Assembly (NCBI GenBank): GCA_963796105.1
Contig: CAWCKJ010000007.1
Span: 64,001 to 128,000 of the forward strand
Length of the DNA stretch: 64,000 nt
DNA from: a candidate division FCPU426 bacterium
GTDB lineage: Bacteria > Oederibacteriota > Muellerivitia > Muellerivitales > Muellerivitaceae
Direction: 5' to 3'
In this document: piece by piece, positions 1 through 10,168 of the stretch
How positions within the stretch are numbered: the first letter of the stretch is position 1
How the letters are laid out: every line of letters starts with the position of its first letter
Notes under the pieces: model-generated
What the model saw: only the letters and a program-made list of their open reading frames with translations
Told to the model about the DNA's origin: nothing
Databases searched by the model: none
Program-made: the position numbers and the translations under genes

Positions 1-147
1 GGTTGTAATGATGAGTGACTTCGGGCTTCTCGGCGGGTTTGAGAAGGTTCGAATCATCAGATTGCGCCAGGGCTTTGGGAGCCAAACCAAACCTGAGAAT
101 TCCAATAGCCAAAATAGCGAGTAAATGTCTTAGGTATCTATTGTATT

Positions 148-1236
148 TCATAGGTTTATTTTACGGTTAAACTGCGCTGAAAAACAATTTCCTAAAACCT
201 CTTGAGTTTTCAGGTGCTTAGAATCTGGCTCCTGACCTTTTGTGCCTGTATTAAAATCATAAGAGAATTCACAACCGACACGATACTGATAGGAATTCAC
301 TTGATCGTTCACCAAGTCGCTGGCCGGCAAGCTTTGCGAATAATCGGTTTGTATCTGGGTTCCAGTGTTAGAGAAAGTTATATATTGCCCATAGGCAGTA
401 AGAAACCACCCTTGGGCGAGATCCCATCTTAAATCCCCCTTTAGAATAGTTGAAAAACCGCTTCCATTCCCTTGCATAACCAAATCCCGAAGAAGATGGT
501 GGTCCATGTCGTTAAAATCGCATAGTCCGACATCGGCCCCAAATCCGCCGTGAAGACCCGCGTTGAGCTCAAAGTCGAAATTCAAGCCGATGAAGTAATT
601 GTTATAGTTTATTTCATAACTTAAGACCGGTGTGGGTGAAGCCGCGCTCACAGATTGGTTGGATGTACCGCCAATAATAAATGGCCCATAAAAACCAGCG
701 TAATTGTAAACATAAAAGGTCCCCCAATTCTGGTGCTCATATCCCAATTGGACATTCACGCCGCAACCATCATTGGGGCCGAAAGAGGTCAGCCTCTTCT
801 TGATAAGGAGGCTGAAAATTCGTGCCGGTGTTTCAACACCTGTAGAGATCGTGTCCCCTATCGCGGAATTGTAGTAATCGTTGTAAAGAGATTGAGTAAT
901 CCAATCCCTGTCCCTGAAAGACTGGCTCGCCCCGAAAAAGGAAAAGGCGTAATCCACCGAGACGAGGAAATCCCCTCTTCCCAGATTGAGATCCGCCCCC
1001 AGATCAAGCAAATCCGCGTTCAAGTTGTATTCCAACTTGCTTTCGCCGTTATAGGTTCCAACAATCTGGTTATTGATAGTCATCGGTGAATAACCGGCGA
1101 AGGTAATGTCATAACTGGTTTGGCCCGTGATTTCGGATAACCCAGTCCACAGGCCAATGATGGGATCCGCGGAAGCTAATTGCCGTAACGAAAAGCAAAA
1201 CAACAAGATGAACCAAATGAACTTTTTCACTTTCAC
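148..1236 (-). CDS. Omptin-family outer-membrane protease-like beta-barrel protein
   Basis: Signal peptide; DRDW and DMDHHLLR motifs resemble the omptin catalytic D-x-D and D-x-H motifs; alternating beta-strand pattern. Confidence 0.6.
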   Translation of the reverse strand: MKVKKFIWFILLFCFSLRQLASADPIIGLWTGLSEITGQTSYDITFAGYSPMTINNQIVGTYNGESKLEYNLNADLLDLGADLNLGRGDFLVSVDYAFSFFGASQSFRDRDWITQSLYNDYYNSAIGDTISTGVETPARIFSLLIKKRLTSFGPNDGCGVNVQLGYEHQNWGTFYVYNYAGFYGPFIIGGTSNQSVSAASPTPVLSYEINYNNYFIGLNFDFELNAGLHGGFGADVGLCDFNDMDHHLLRDLVMQGNGSGFSTILKGDLRWDLAQGWFLTAYGQYITFSNTGTQIQTDYSQSLPASDLVNDQVNSYQYRVGCEFSYDFNTGTKGQEPDSKHLKTQEVLGNCFSAQFNRKINL

Positions 1237-1593
1237 TCCATATATATTTTATTGAGAGGAGGATGAGCTTTTTAAAAGCGGGGCTTTTCATCAGCCCGTA
1301 TATATTTTTCTATCACAATTTACTTCTTATCGTTTCCTTCCGCAATAGGAACGGTTCTCACGACTTAAATTCACCAAGCGGTCATAAAGATCAACCAATA
1401 TAAGTCTCATCCTTGAGGGATTCTGGAGTGAGTCCTGATCGGGTATGTTATTAAAAGCCTAATCGGGAACTTTACGATCTTAATTTGGGGTATTAATAAC
1501 TGAATTAGTTCCGAATTTCATGAGCCGAATTTGTAGCCAAGCCAGTCAGCATTTCACTTCTTATTGAAAGTCACACCCTTTTAAAACATTTCC

Positions 1594-1692
1594 TAGCCAC
1601 GGATATGCCGATCATCTACAAATACATAATGAGATCGGTATCATACCAACCCCATTAAAGGCTTTATTGAAGGCTGGCATATATGGGATTCC
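1594..1692 (+). repeat. Twin-hairpin repeat element, copy 1 of 5
   Basis: TGCCGATC-N19-GATCGGTA then TACCAACC-N20-GGCTGGCA; homologous to 33596-33693, 33887-33973, 33983-34063 and 38567-38644. Confidence 0.7.
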
Positions 1693-1727
1693 TTGGATTT
1701 GCTTGAAATTCAAAATTCTTACTTTTT

Positions 1728-1826
1728 TTACCGCAAGACCACCAGCTTCAGAATTTGGCTTTTGCCATTAGCCGTCACCCTTACGAAATACAACCCGTTT
1801 GACAATGACGTTCCCCATTTGTCCAA
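1728..1826 (-). pseudogene. Orphan 3' fragment of a C-terminal sorting-type domain
   Basis: Translates to LDKWGTSLSNGLYFVRVTANGKSQILKLVVLR*, homologous to the C-terminus of the 40870 gene ([23 protein letters not shown]); no matching gene body upstream. Confidence 0.65.
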
Positions 1827-1853
1827 TCGGCAATTTCAAATAATTAGCTTAAA

Positions 1854-2444
1854 TTACCCAGGGGTTTGCTCCTTCTCGCCAGTTTTACCATCCCGGGACA
1901 AATGGGTATGGCCACCTACCAATAAACTCCCGAAGACCAAATTGCCCTTCCGCTCGACCTTTTCTATCTTCACGAATGCTACTCTTCGGTTTCCGCCCAG
2001 GATCCTCAAGCATAAAACATCAGGTACTTTCGAGGAATGCTCCAGAACCTTCGCGGATGGCTTTAAAATTCCCAACTTACTATCTTCCAACTTTTTCTGG
2101 GCGTTCAAAGCTTCGGCTGGCGACAAATAAAGGGAGAAATGGCTAACAGGCGCAAGGAATCTCATCTGGGGATCGGTTTGTCCCTGATTGGGATCAAAGA
2201 GAAGCTGAATATGTCCGATATCTTGCTTAATTTTCAGATGAATAACTTTATCGTGGTTGATGACTTTGGCGATTTCATTGGAATTTTCATGCAAAGACAC
2301 AAATATTTGCGGGATAGCAAAATTACCGTTACTAAAACGGTCTAACTGGCCAAAGAGAAACAACCCTATCCAAATAACCGTGATAAAACTGGTTAAAGAA
2401 CCTACCCAAAAAACGATCAGCTTATGTTTGCTTAATGTTTTCAT
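1854..2444 (-). CDS. Hypothetical protein with N-terminal transmembrane helix
   Basis: 196-aa ORF with GGGAG RBS; AT-rich. Confidence 0.55.
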   Translation of the reverse strand: MKTLSKHKLIVFWVGSLTSFITVIWIGLFLFGQLDRFSNGNFAIPQIFVSLHENSNEIAKVINHDKVIHLKIKQDIGHIQLLFDPNQGQTDPQMRFLAPVSHFSLYLSPAEALNAQKKLEDSKLGILKPSAKVLEHSSKVPDVLCLRILGGNRRVAFVKIEKVERKGNLVFGSLLVGGHTHLSRDGKTGEKEQTPG

Positions 2445-2571
2445 GACCCTTCTCCCATCCAGAGCGATCTATTAACTAGAACCTCAGGTTTTTCATCTTC
2501 ACACCCTCTAGACGGGCGAGTCGCAATTCCTTTCAAAAATATTTTAAGGTTAAACCATTATTTTTAAATTG

Positions 2572-2864
2572 ACTCAACTTTGGCAAATTCCTAGCGGCCT
2601 GCTTTAGATAGCTATTCCCCCCCCTTTGAAAAGGGACTTATTTACTTCACTCCCGAAAGGACGATATGCCCGCAAATAAACAAAAAACGCCTGAAAAAAA
2701 GAAGGCAAAAGAAGGAAAAGGGAGTTAACTATATAAGCCCCTTTGAAAAGGGGGATAGGGGGGTATTAGTTATTGCTGAAACCAGAAACAAGTCTAACTT
2801 CCCCTTAATCCCCCTCTTCAAGAGGGGGAAGAATCAACATCCTAAAAACTTGCCAAAGTTGAGT
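2572..2864. mobile_element. MITE/REP-doublet element
   Basis: TIR ACTCAACTTTGGCAA...TTGCCAAAGTTGAGT; internal CCCCCTTTGAAAAGGGGG and CCCCCTCTTCAAGAGGGGG hairpins; homologous copy at 25699-25921. Confidence 0.75.
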
Positions 2865-2914
2865 TATTGAGGTTTAAAAAAGTGGGATTTTAAAGAAAAG
2901 GAACCTTGGAAATA

Positions 2915-5152
2915 TTACAACATTGACTGGGGATCGAGATCAACCACACGGAATACCCCAGGATGGGGCTCTGTCATTTTGTCATCCAGAAATTGAACCA
3001 ACTGGCGGATGGACTGCGCTTTCATGGCTTTCAATAAAATCTGGAACCGATAATGGCCCCTGAGTTTGGCGATCCCCGCCGGGGCCGGGCCATAAACCCG
3101 GACTCCCAGGCTCGACGCGTTTTTTTTCAAAAACACCCCAGCTTTTTCAGCAATTTCTCTGGCCTTTTTCTCAAACTTACTCCGGTACATCATTAATCCC
3201 AGGCGTGTAAAGGGCGGGTATTCCAAAATTTTTCGAAGTTCCAGTTCCCCTTCCCAAAAAGCCCCCGTGTCATGCTTGACTGCGGCCTGAATGGCGGTAT
3301 GTTCCCCATGAAAAGTCTGTAAGTAGATGACCCCCTCCTTGTCGGCCCGTCCGGCCCGGCCCGCCACCTGCACCATGAGTTGGAAAACCCTTTCCGACGC
3401 CCGAAAATCAGGCAGGGAAAGTCCGACGTCCGCGCCCACCACACCCACCAGCGTGATTCCCGGAAAATCATGACCCTTGGCGATCATCTGGGTCCCAATG
3501 AGGATGTCGATTTCTTTCTTTCGGAATTTCCCGAGGATATCGTCGTGGCTCCCCTGTTTCCTGGTGGTGTCCAAGTCCATGCGCGCAATTCGGGCCTTGG
3601 GGAACGCGGCCATGACTTCCTCCTCCACCTTCTGGGTGCCCAAACCGACGGCCCGGACGGCCTTATCCCCGCACTTGGCGCAGGTCTCAGGCAAGGGCCC
3701 CTGCCAGTTGCAGTAATGGCATATCACAACAGGCTTGCCCTCAGCCCCGCCGGAAACTTTTCCAGGATTGCGGTGAAGCGTGACTGGGATGGCGCAAGAG
3801 GGGCAATGAACCTGTTCCCCGCATTTCATGCATAAGAGAAGGGTTTGAAATCCCCGTCTATTCAAAAAAAGAAGGACCTGTTCCTTCTTTTCCAAAGTTT
3901 CCCGAATCGCTTCCCTAAGGGCGATGGACAATACCGGCCGGTCCTCTCCCCGTACCGCCCATTCCTCCCTCAGATCCACAAGTTTTATTTCCGGAAGGGG
4001 CCTTCGATTGATTCGTTCAGGCATGGTCAAGAGGGTGTATTTGCCGGCCCTTGCGTTCTGCACCGATTCCAACGAAGGTGTGGCGCTCCCTAACAGGGCT
4101 ACCGCCTTGCAGATTTGGGCCCTTTTCACCGCCGCGTCACGGGCATGGTACCGAGGGGCGTCTTCCTGTTTGTAGGTTGACTCATGCTCCTCATCCACCA
4201 CAATCAGCCCCAGCTTGGGAGCCGGGGCGAATAGCGCCGACCTGGCGCCTACCGCCACTTTCGCCTGGCCGAGGGCCATTCTCCTCCATTCCCTCATTCG
4301 GTCCCCCGCCGAAAGACGGCTGTGGAATACCGCTACCTGGTCCCCGAACCTGCCCGTGAACCGTTCCACCGTCTGGGGAGTCAGGGCGATTTCAGGGATG
4401 AGGACAATGGCCTGTTTGCCCTGGCTGAGCGTCCGGCTGATAGCCTGGAGATAGACCTCGGTCTTTCCGGATCCGGTCACGCCCTGGAGAAGGAAGGGAT
4501 GAAATATCCCGGCATCCAGGGATTTGACGATGGAATCCAAAGCTTTTTGCTGCTGGGGTTGGAGCTTGTGGGGCTGGGTGAAGGCTCCCAATTCTTTTCG
4601 CTTCCTTCCGGACTCATCCTTGATAGCCGCCACAAGGACATCCGCCAACCCGCTTGATTTCAACGCCTCGGCCAGGGCCCTGGTTCTAGCTGTCAGGGGT
4701 ATTTTTTTATACTTGAGACTGTCCCAGTTCACTCCCCTCAAAGTCCCAGACTTGGCGAGAATACTTTCAACCTCCGCCTGTCTTTCCAGCCCTTGTTGGG
4801 TTAATTGAAGGAAAGCCCTTCCGGCTTTGCGGTACCCCGCCGGAATGATGGCGAAAAGAGCCTCACCCTGGGAGCAGTAGTAATAATCCGCGATCCAGCG
4901 TCCCAGTTCCATCAAATCCTCCCCCAGGCACTGCTCCGGGTCCAGGATCGAATCGATGGGCTTCAAGCCCTTGAGATCCCCAGGGGCTTGGCGGGAAAGG
5001 CCCATGACGAGCCCCACCGCCTGGCGCCTGCCGAAGGAAACGAGGCATCGCATGCCGGGTTTTACCAGCCCCTCCAGCGCAGCAGGTACCCTGTAGGTGA
5101 AGGACTTCTTCAGGGAAATGGCGAAAACTATTTGGGCGAATGAATCAGGCAA
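2915..5152 (-). CDS. priA: Primosomal protein N' (replication restart helicase)
   Basis: GVTGSGKTEVY, DEEH, Cys-rich Zn region, QVAGRAGR, terminal DLDP. Confidence 0.97.
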   Translation of the reverse strand: MPDSFAQIVFAISLKKSFTYRVPAALEGLVKPGMRCLVSFGRRQAVGLVMGLSRQAPGDLKGLKPIDSILDPEQCLGEDLMELGRWIADYYYCSQGEALFAIIPAGYRKAGRAFLQLTQQGLERQAEVESILAKSGTLRGVNWDSLKYKKIPLTARTRALAEALKSSGLADVLVAAIKDESGRKRKELGAFTQPHKLQPQQQKALDSIVKSLDAGIFHPFLLQGVTGSGKTEVYLQAISRTLSQGKQAIVLIPEIALTPQTVERFTGRFGDQVAVFHSRLSAGDRMREWRRMALGQAKVAVGARSALFAPAPKLGLIVVDEEHESTYKQEDAPRYHARDAAVKRAQICKAVALLGSATPSLESVQNARAGKYTLLTMPERINRRPLPEIKLVDLREEWAVRGEDRPVLSIALREAIRETLEKKEQVLLFLNRRGFQTLLLCMKCGEQVHCPSCAIPVTLHRNPGKVSGGAEGKPVVICHYCNWQGPLPETCAKCGDKAVRAVGLGTQKVEEEVMAAFPKARIARMDLDTTRKQGSHDDILGKFRKKEIDILIGTQMIAKGHDFPGITLVGVVGADVGLSLPDFRASERVFQLMVQVAGRAGRADKEGVIYLQTFHGEHTAIQAAVKHDTGAFWEGELELRKILEYPPFTRLGLMMYRSKFEKKAREIAEKAGVFLKKNASSLGVRVYGPAPAGIAKLRGHYRFQILLKAMKAQSIRQLVQFLDDKMTEPHPGVFRVVDLDPQSML

Positions 5153-5280
5153 ACCTTACTCCTGGAATGAATTCAATATTGCCAGCATCCACTTTTGGAC
5201 ATTCTAGGCTGATCTGGAGATAGACGTTTCAATCCAGTATGGGGATTCAACCGGTAATCCGCCAGGAAAACATGGGGCTT

Positions 5281-7779
5281 CTACAAAGCCTTCCATACCC
5301 CTTCGCCTGGGTAACAAACCTTGACCGAGGGAAATCCCCTGCCGATCGGATCGAAAACCCTGAGGCTGAAAAGATATTTCCCCTGGTCCAGATGAACGGT
5401 GGTCTCGTAATGTTTTAATTTCCCAGGCCTAGGCCGAAGTAGGAGCCTATCCCCCAGCCATAGGTTCGCGGGACGGTCCAATTCCGCCGCGAAAATGTAT
5501 TTACCGTCCCTGGGGGCCTCGAACCATCCTTCCAGCCGGCCCGCTGAGACGCCGTCATCCAGCTTATGCGGCGCCGGAGCGTTCCAATTCGATACCCGGT
5601 CCTCCGCGAATATCAAACCAACCCCCATCTTATAATCCGATTTGTAATATCTCCGGACCCAAGGGCCGGGCGGGACTCTTCGAATATAGATGAGTTTGGC
5701 GGAGTTTTCCGGAATCTGGTCCCCTGGGATGAAGAGACGCAGGTGGAAAACGGTGCTATCGGGATGATCCGGGAAGGCGGGGCTTTTTTCCCACTGCCCC
5801 TTGGGATATTGGGCCTTGAATCTTTCCACAATATCCGGCACAGGAAACTGGTCCGTCTTGAACAAGACGACCACATCCGGAGCCTTCTCCCCGGCCTCCA
5901 AGTCGATGGGATTGCCTTCTACTGAAAAATGATAATAGGTCTTTCCCTCGGTCATTACCTGTTCCGGCAAGTAACCCTCGTTCGAGGCCACGTAAACCCG
6001 GTATTTCGGCGCGTCCTGGTTGATCATTTGCGCGAGGAGCGGAAGCTGGGTCATGTGGGTGAAGAAGTGGTTATAGACTTTCTGAAATGAGGTGTAACCG
6101 CCGAATCCCAAAACCAGGACCCAAAGGGCCGAAGTGAATGCGGCCCGGGAAAAGGGTTTCAGAGCCTGGGCCGATGATTCCATCAACTGGTTAAACGCCA
6201 GAGCGCCGAGAAGGAGAAAAGGCGGGATACTGGAAATGAGGCGGTTCCCGCCGGGATCTCCCAGGATGTGGGGACTCATCCCCACGAACGCGCACAAAAG
6301 AATGAAGACGCGGGGCCAAGAGGGACGGCTGAGGGCGAATACCACCCCTGGCACAATGAATACCAGGTCGGACACGTTGAAATAAGGATCGCCGTAAAGG
6401 CTGATATCAGAACGGTCTCCGCCACTGTAACCCAGGCATTGGATGGTCTTCAGCAATCGACCGGCTAAGGACCCCATCATCTCAAAGAGGTTAAGTTGTG
6501 CTGATCCTTGGGCCAAGAGTGACATTCCATTCAACCGGCGAAGCAGCTCACCATTCACGATGATGGGATAGACCAGCAATACGCAAAGCAAGACACCGTA
6601 GGTCCAATGAATGAGGGCCCAATCGCCTTTTCCCTTCTCCGCCGCCTGGTAGTTCCTGATAAAAGCCAGGACTAACCCTCCGCATATGAACACTCCAAGG
6701 ATCCAGCTTTCCCCAAGCGCGGTAATGACCATTCGCCAGCCGGACTGCTCCGGCAGGACATACCGGTGAAGGTAGAGGAAGAGAATGGAAAGATAACTAC
6801 ATAAGCCTAACCCCTGGAACCATTTCCACAGGTCCGCCTTCTTTCCCTTTTCGCGAAAATATATCCACGCCAGCACTGCGGCGATGGCATAAGGCCCGAT
6901 GGGCCTGAAGGCCGTATAGGTGTAATAGCCCAGGGCGATGGAAGCGCCCCATTCGAGGAAATGGGCGGCATTAGGTTTTTTGAAAATCCGCATGGAAAAA
7001 AGAAGGACCAAAGCCAGGGTCAAGGGTAGGGGCATGTACCGCATGTAACTCAAAAGCATCATAAGAAGCGCGCGGTTCACTGCCCCAAAGGAGGCCATAA
7101 GTAGGCCGATCCGGCGCTTGCCAAATTCCTTTCCTAGCAGGTAATAAATCCAAAGGGCCGTGACATCAAAAATAGCCGAGACAAGCCGTTGGACGAATAA
7201 GCCGTGCAAACTAGGAAAAAGATATAAAACCAGGGCGATGGCGTAGGCATAGAGGGGCTCCCCGACCTGATAGCCGGCATAGAGGAAGAAATGCCGGTAC
7301 TCGGTGATCTGGCAGGCGTCCTCCAGGGGTTGGGAGGGGTCGTCCCAATAATTCCCGCAAAAATCACCTGCCCGGTAGAGACGCATGAAAGCGCCAAGCA
7401 TGAGGATGGCGGCCAGGATCAGCCTGGAAGGAACCTTGCCGATATCATCCCCAGGCCCGCTTGGGATCATCCTCCGGTAGGCCCAGTCCATTAAGGACGC
7501 TCCCCCGACCAAAAGAAGCGTTAACCAAGTTAATTGACGCGGCTCCCAAAGATGCTCCCCCGCGATGAAAATCGGATGGAAATGCTGAAAGCCAAGCAAG
7601 GAAATGGTGACCAAAATCCAACCGGCGAGGATTTTCCAAATCTGTTTGGATTGGGAAGACAGGGGGGACCTAGGCGCTGCTATTCCCGCTGGAATATGAA
7701 TAGTTTTTTGTTTGGATTTTGTTTGCTTAGCTGTGGAACCCGCTTTGGGAATGATCGGGATTTTATTATTCCTCGCCAT
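5281..7779 (-). CDS. GT-C (ArnT/PMT-like) membrane glycosyltransferase with C-terminal PA14-like domain
   Basis: Multiple TM helices, YWDD loop, EPLYAY motif; C-terminal GWFEAPRDGKYIF PA14-like motif. Confidence 0.65.
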   Translation of the reverse strand: MARNNKIPIIPKAGSTAKQTKSKQKTIHIPAGIAAPRSPLSSQSKQIWKILAGWILVTISLLGFQHFHPIFIAGEHLWEPRQLTWLTLLLVGGASLMDWAYRRMIPSGPGDDIGKVPSRLILAAILMLGAFMRLYRAGDFCGNYWDDPSQPLEDACQITEYRHFFLYAGYQVGEPLYAYAIALVLYLFPSLHGLFVQRLVSAIFDVTALWIYYLLGKEFGKRRIGLLMASFGAVNRALLMMLLSYMRYMPLPLTLALVLLFSMRIFKKPNAAHFLEWGASIALGYYTYTAFRPIGPYAIAAVLAWIYFREKGKKADLWKWFQGLGLCSYLSILFLYLHRYVLPEQSGWRMVITALGESWILGVFICGGLVLAFIRNYQAAEKGKGDWALIHWTYGVLLCVLLVYPIIVNGELLRRLNGMSLLAQGSAQLNLFEMMGSLAGRLLKTIQCLGYSGGDRSDISLYGDPYFNVSDLVFIVPGVVFALSRPSWPRVFILLCAFVGMSPHILGDPGGNRLISSIPPFLLLGALAFNQLMESSAQALKPFSRAAFTSALWVLVLGFGGYTSFQKVYNHFFTHMTQLPLLAQMINQDAPKYRVYVASNEGYLPEQVMTEGKTYYHFSVEGNPIDLEAGEKAPDVVVLFKTDQFPVPDIVERFKAQYPKGQWEKSPAFPDHPDSTVFHLRLFIPGDQIPENSAKLIYIRRVPPGPWVRRYYKSDYKMGVGLIFAEDRVSNWNAPAPHKLDDGVSAGRLEGWFEAPRDGKYIFAAELDRPANLWLGDRLLLRPRPGKLKHYETTVHLDQGKYLFSLRVFDPIGRGFPSVKVCYPGEGVWKAL

Positions 7780-7818
7780 ACTCGCTCCGAAATGTTTTCT
7801 CTATTATCGGATATTTTT

Positions 7819-8032
7819 ATGCTTATCCACAAAGTACCTGAGATTTACTCAGGTTCGGCAAGTGCTCAACTGATTTGATGCTTACAATGTTCCCCCCCTT
7901 TGAAAAAGGGGGACAGGGGGGGTATTAGCTTTTATTGTGTAACACCCATAGGCTAACTTCCCCTCTATCCCCCTCTTTCAGAGGGGGAAGATTAAAAAAT
8001 CAATAAACCACAGGTGCATTGTGGATAAGCAT
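7819..8032. mobile_element. MITE with TIRs and probable 9-bp target-site duplication
   Basis: TIR ATGCTTATCCACAA...TTGTGGATAAGCAT; GGATATTTT on both flanks; same internal CCCCCTTTGAAAAAGGGGG core as the 2572 element. Confidence 0.7.
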
Positions 8033-8059
8033 GGATATTTTATAATTTTAATACCAGTT

Positions 8060-8233
8060 TTTATCCATTCTTTATGGAGCCCCACGGGCAAGACCGTGGA
8101 ATCTATTCCGACCCACTTCCGCCATGGCTTCGGTGGGTATCCGCCGACAAGACGCATGCGGAATCCACCGTAGCCCTTCCTTCAGCCTTTCATCCCCGGC
8201 TAAAGCAGGGATGTACTGGCGATGACGGATAAA
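8060..8233. repeat. Palindromic non-autonomous element (IS200/IS605-end/REP-like)
   Basis: TTTATCC...GGATAAA ends; hairpins CCACGG-GCAAGA-CCGTGG and CATCCCCGGCTAAAGCAGGGATG; similar hairpin at about 22808-22826. Confidence 0.5.
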
Positions 8234-8242
8234 TATCCGTAA

Positions 8243-9118
8243 TCAACCCCGTCCGCTTCCCTGGAGGCGGGGATCCAGCATATCCCTGAGACCCTCCCCC
8301 AGGAGGTTGTAACCCAGCACCGTGAAAAAGATCGCAAGGCCTGGGAATGTGACCAGCCACCAGGCTTCCATCAGGTGTTCCTTGCCTTCCATGAGCATGT
8401 TTCCCCAGCTGGCGGTGGGAGGCTGGACGCCCAATCCAAGATAACTCAATCCTGATTCCACCAGGATGGCCCCTCCCACCCCCAAGGTGGCCACAACGAT
8501 GACCGGCCCCATCGCGTTGGGAAGTAGGTGCCTTGTGATGAGGCGTAAATCGCTCATGCCGATCAACCGGGCCGCCAGGATATATTCCCTTTCTTTTAGG
8601 GACAAAACTTCACTTCGCACCAGCCGGGCCACGTCGGTCCAAGAGGTCAATCCAATGATAACCATGACATTGATGATGTTGGGCCCCACGAAAGCTATGA
8701 CCATTAAGATAAGAAGAAATGTCGGTATGCACATGAAAATATCGGTGATCCTCATCAAGAGCCCGTCCACCCACCCCCCGTAATAGCCGGCTATGGAACC
8801 GATCGTCACACCTATCAAAATGTAAATCGAGACAGCCACCAATCCCACTACCAGGGAAATTCGGGAACCATAGAGCAAACGGCTGAACACATCCCGCCCA
8901 AACTGGTCCGTTCCCATCCAGTGGTGCCAGGATGGAGCTTGAAGACGGTTTACATCCCCCAAAATTTGAAAATTCGGGTCGAATGGTGCGACCCATTGAG
9001 CGGTAATAGCAGCCGCCACCAGCAGTCCCACCAGTACCAGGCCGCAGAAAAGCAGGGGATGGATTTTAATAAACTGTTTCAACTTCATCCTTTTCTCTCC
9101 CGTTGATCCGTCATTCAC
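8243..9118 (-). CDS. oppC: Oligopeptide ABC transporter permease (OppC/DppC-like)
   Basis: HWMGTDQFGRD, EAA-type loop EREYILAARLIG, HLLPN. Confidence 0.93.
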   Translation of the reverse strand: MNDGSTGEKRMKLKQFIKIHPLLFCGLVLVGLLVAAAITAQWVAPFDPNFQILGDVNRLQAPSWHHWMGTDQFGRDVFSRLLYGSRISLVVGLVAVSIYILIGVTIGSIAGYYGGWVDGLLMRITDIFMCIPTFLLILMVIAFVGPNIINVMVIIGLTSWTDVARLVRSEVLSLKEREYILAARLIGMSDLRLITRHLLPNAMGPVIVVATLGVGGAILVESGLSYLGLGVQPPTASWGNMLMEGKEHLMEAWWLVTFPGLAIFFTVLGYNLLGEGLRDMLDPRLQGSGRG

Positions 9119-9139
9119 GCCGTGATGAATCCGCCATTT

Positions 9140-10111
9140 TTATTTGTACCTGATCCTGGGGTCCAGCATCGCGTAGCCGATATCCGCCAGCAAGCTGCCT
9201 AAAAGGGTCAGGAAAGCCGCGATGATGCTCACCCCCATCACCACCGGGTAATTCCTGGACATGATCGCCTCATAAAAAAGACGGCCCATTCCAGGCCAGC
9301 TGAATATGGTCTCAATAATGGGGCTACCCCCAATTAAACCCGGAAGGGACAACCCAACTAAGGTGATTACCGGAAGAAGCGCGTTGGGAAGGGCATGCCT
9401 GACGACGACCTGAAACTCCGAAAGGCCCTTGGCCCTGGCGGTGCGGATGTAATCCTGTCGTATGACTTCCAGCATGCTGGTGCGGGCGTAGCGCGAGACG
9501 GAGGCCAGTCCCCCAAAAGTGGTGACGAACAGGGGAAGGAACAGGTGCTGGGCCATGTCCCAGGCCTTCTGGTACCAGGGAAGGTACTCGGACCCGATGC
9601 TGGTCATGCCCGAAACCGGAAGCCAGCCCAATTGAACCCCGAATACCAGCATGAGCATCAGGGCCAGCCAAAAGGTCGGGGTGGCGAATCCCACGAAGGA
9701 GAAAAGGGTCGTGAACCGGTCGAACCATTTGCCCTGGTAGTAAGCCGCGGCCACTCCCAAGGGCACCGCGATGAGGAACAGGAGGACTTCCGACAGCCCC
9801 GACAACAGTAGGGTGGCTGGAAGCCTTTCGCCGATGATGCTTAAAACCGGCCTTCCATCTTTGAAGGAAATACCGAAATCAAGCGTGAACATGCCCTTGA
9901 GCCAGCGCCAGTATTGGATATAGACGGGCTGGTCCAGCCCCCAATGGGCCCGCAGTTTGGTAATGTAGCCCGGGTCGATTTTGGAGTTCAGGTTGACGCT
10001 GAGGGAAGCGGGGTCGCCTGGCGCCAGTTTCATGATTCCGAAGGAAAGAATGGAAATTCCCAGGAGCAGGGGAATCATCATCAATAACCGGCGGATCAAG
10101 TATTGGCGCAT
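9140..10111 (-). CDS. oppB: Oligopeptide ABC transporter permease (OppB/DppB-like)
   Basis: PGDPA, DYIRTARAKGL, HALPNA, DPRIRY. Confidence 0.93.
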   Translation of the reverse strand: MRQYLIRRLLMMIPLLLGISILSFGIMKLAPGDPASLSVNLNSKIDPGYITKLRAHWGLDQPVYIQYWRWLKGMFTLDFGISFKDGRPVLSIIGERLPATLLLSGLSEVLLFLIAVPLGVAAAYYQGKWFDRFTTLFSFVGFATPTFWLALMLMLVFGVQLGWLPVSGMTSIGSEYLPWYQKAWDMAQHLFLPLFVTTFGGLASVSRYARTSMLEVIRQDYIRTARAKGLSEFQVVVRHALPNALLPVITLVGLSLPGLIGGSPIIETIFSWPGMGRLFYEAIMSRNYPVVMGVSIIAAFLTLLGSLLADIGYAMLDPRIRYK

Positions 10112-10168
10112 GGACTCAATTCCAATAATTTAGCGGGAACGAATTTCTCAGGGTGTTTTGCCGGGGAA

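Noticed and set aside
7823..8028. Replication origin suggested by two DnaA boxes
   Set aside because: The boxes are the two arms of a MITE TIR; no dnaA/dnaN context and no further box cluster
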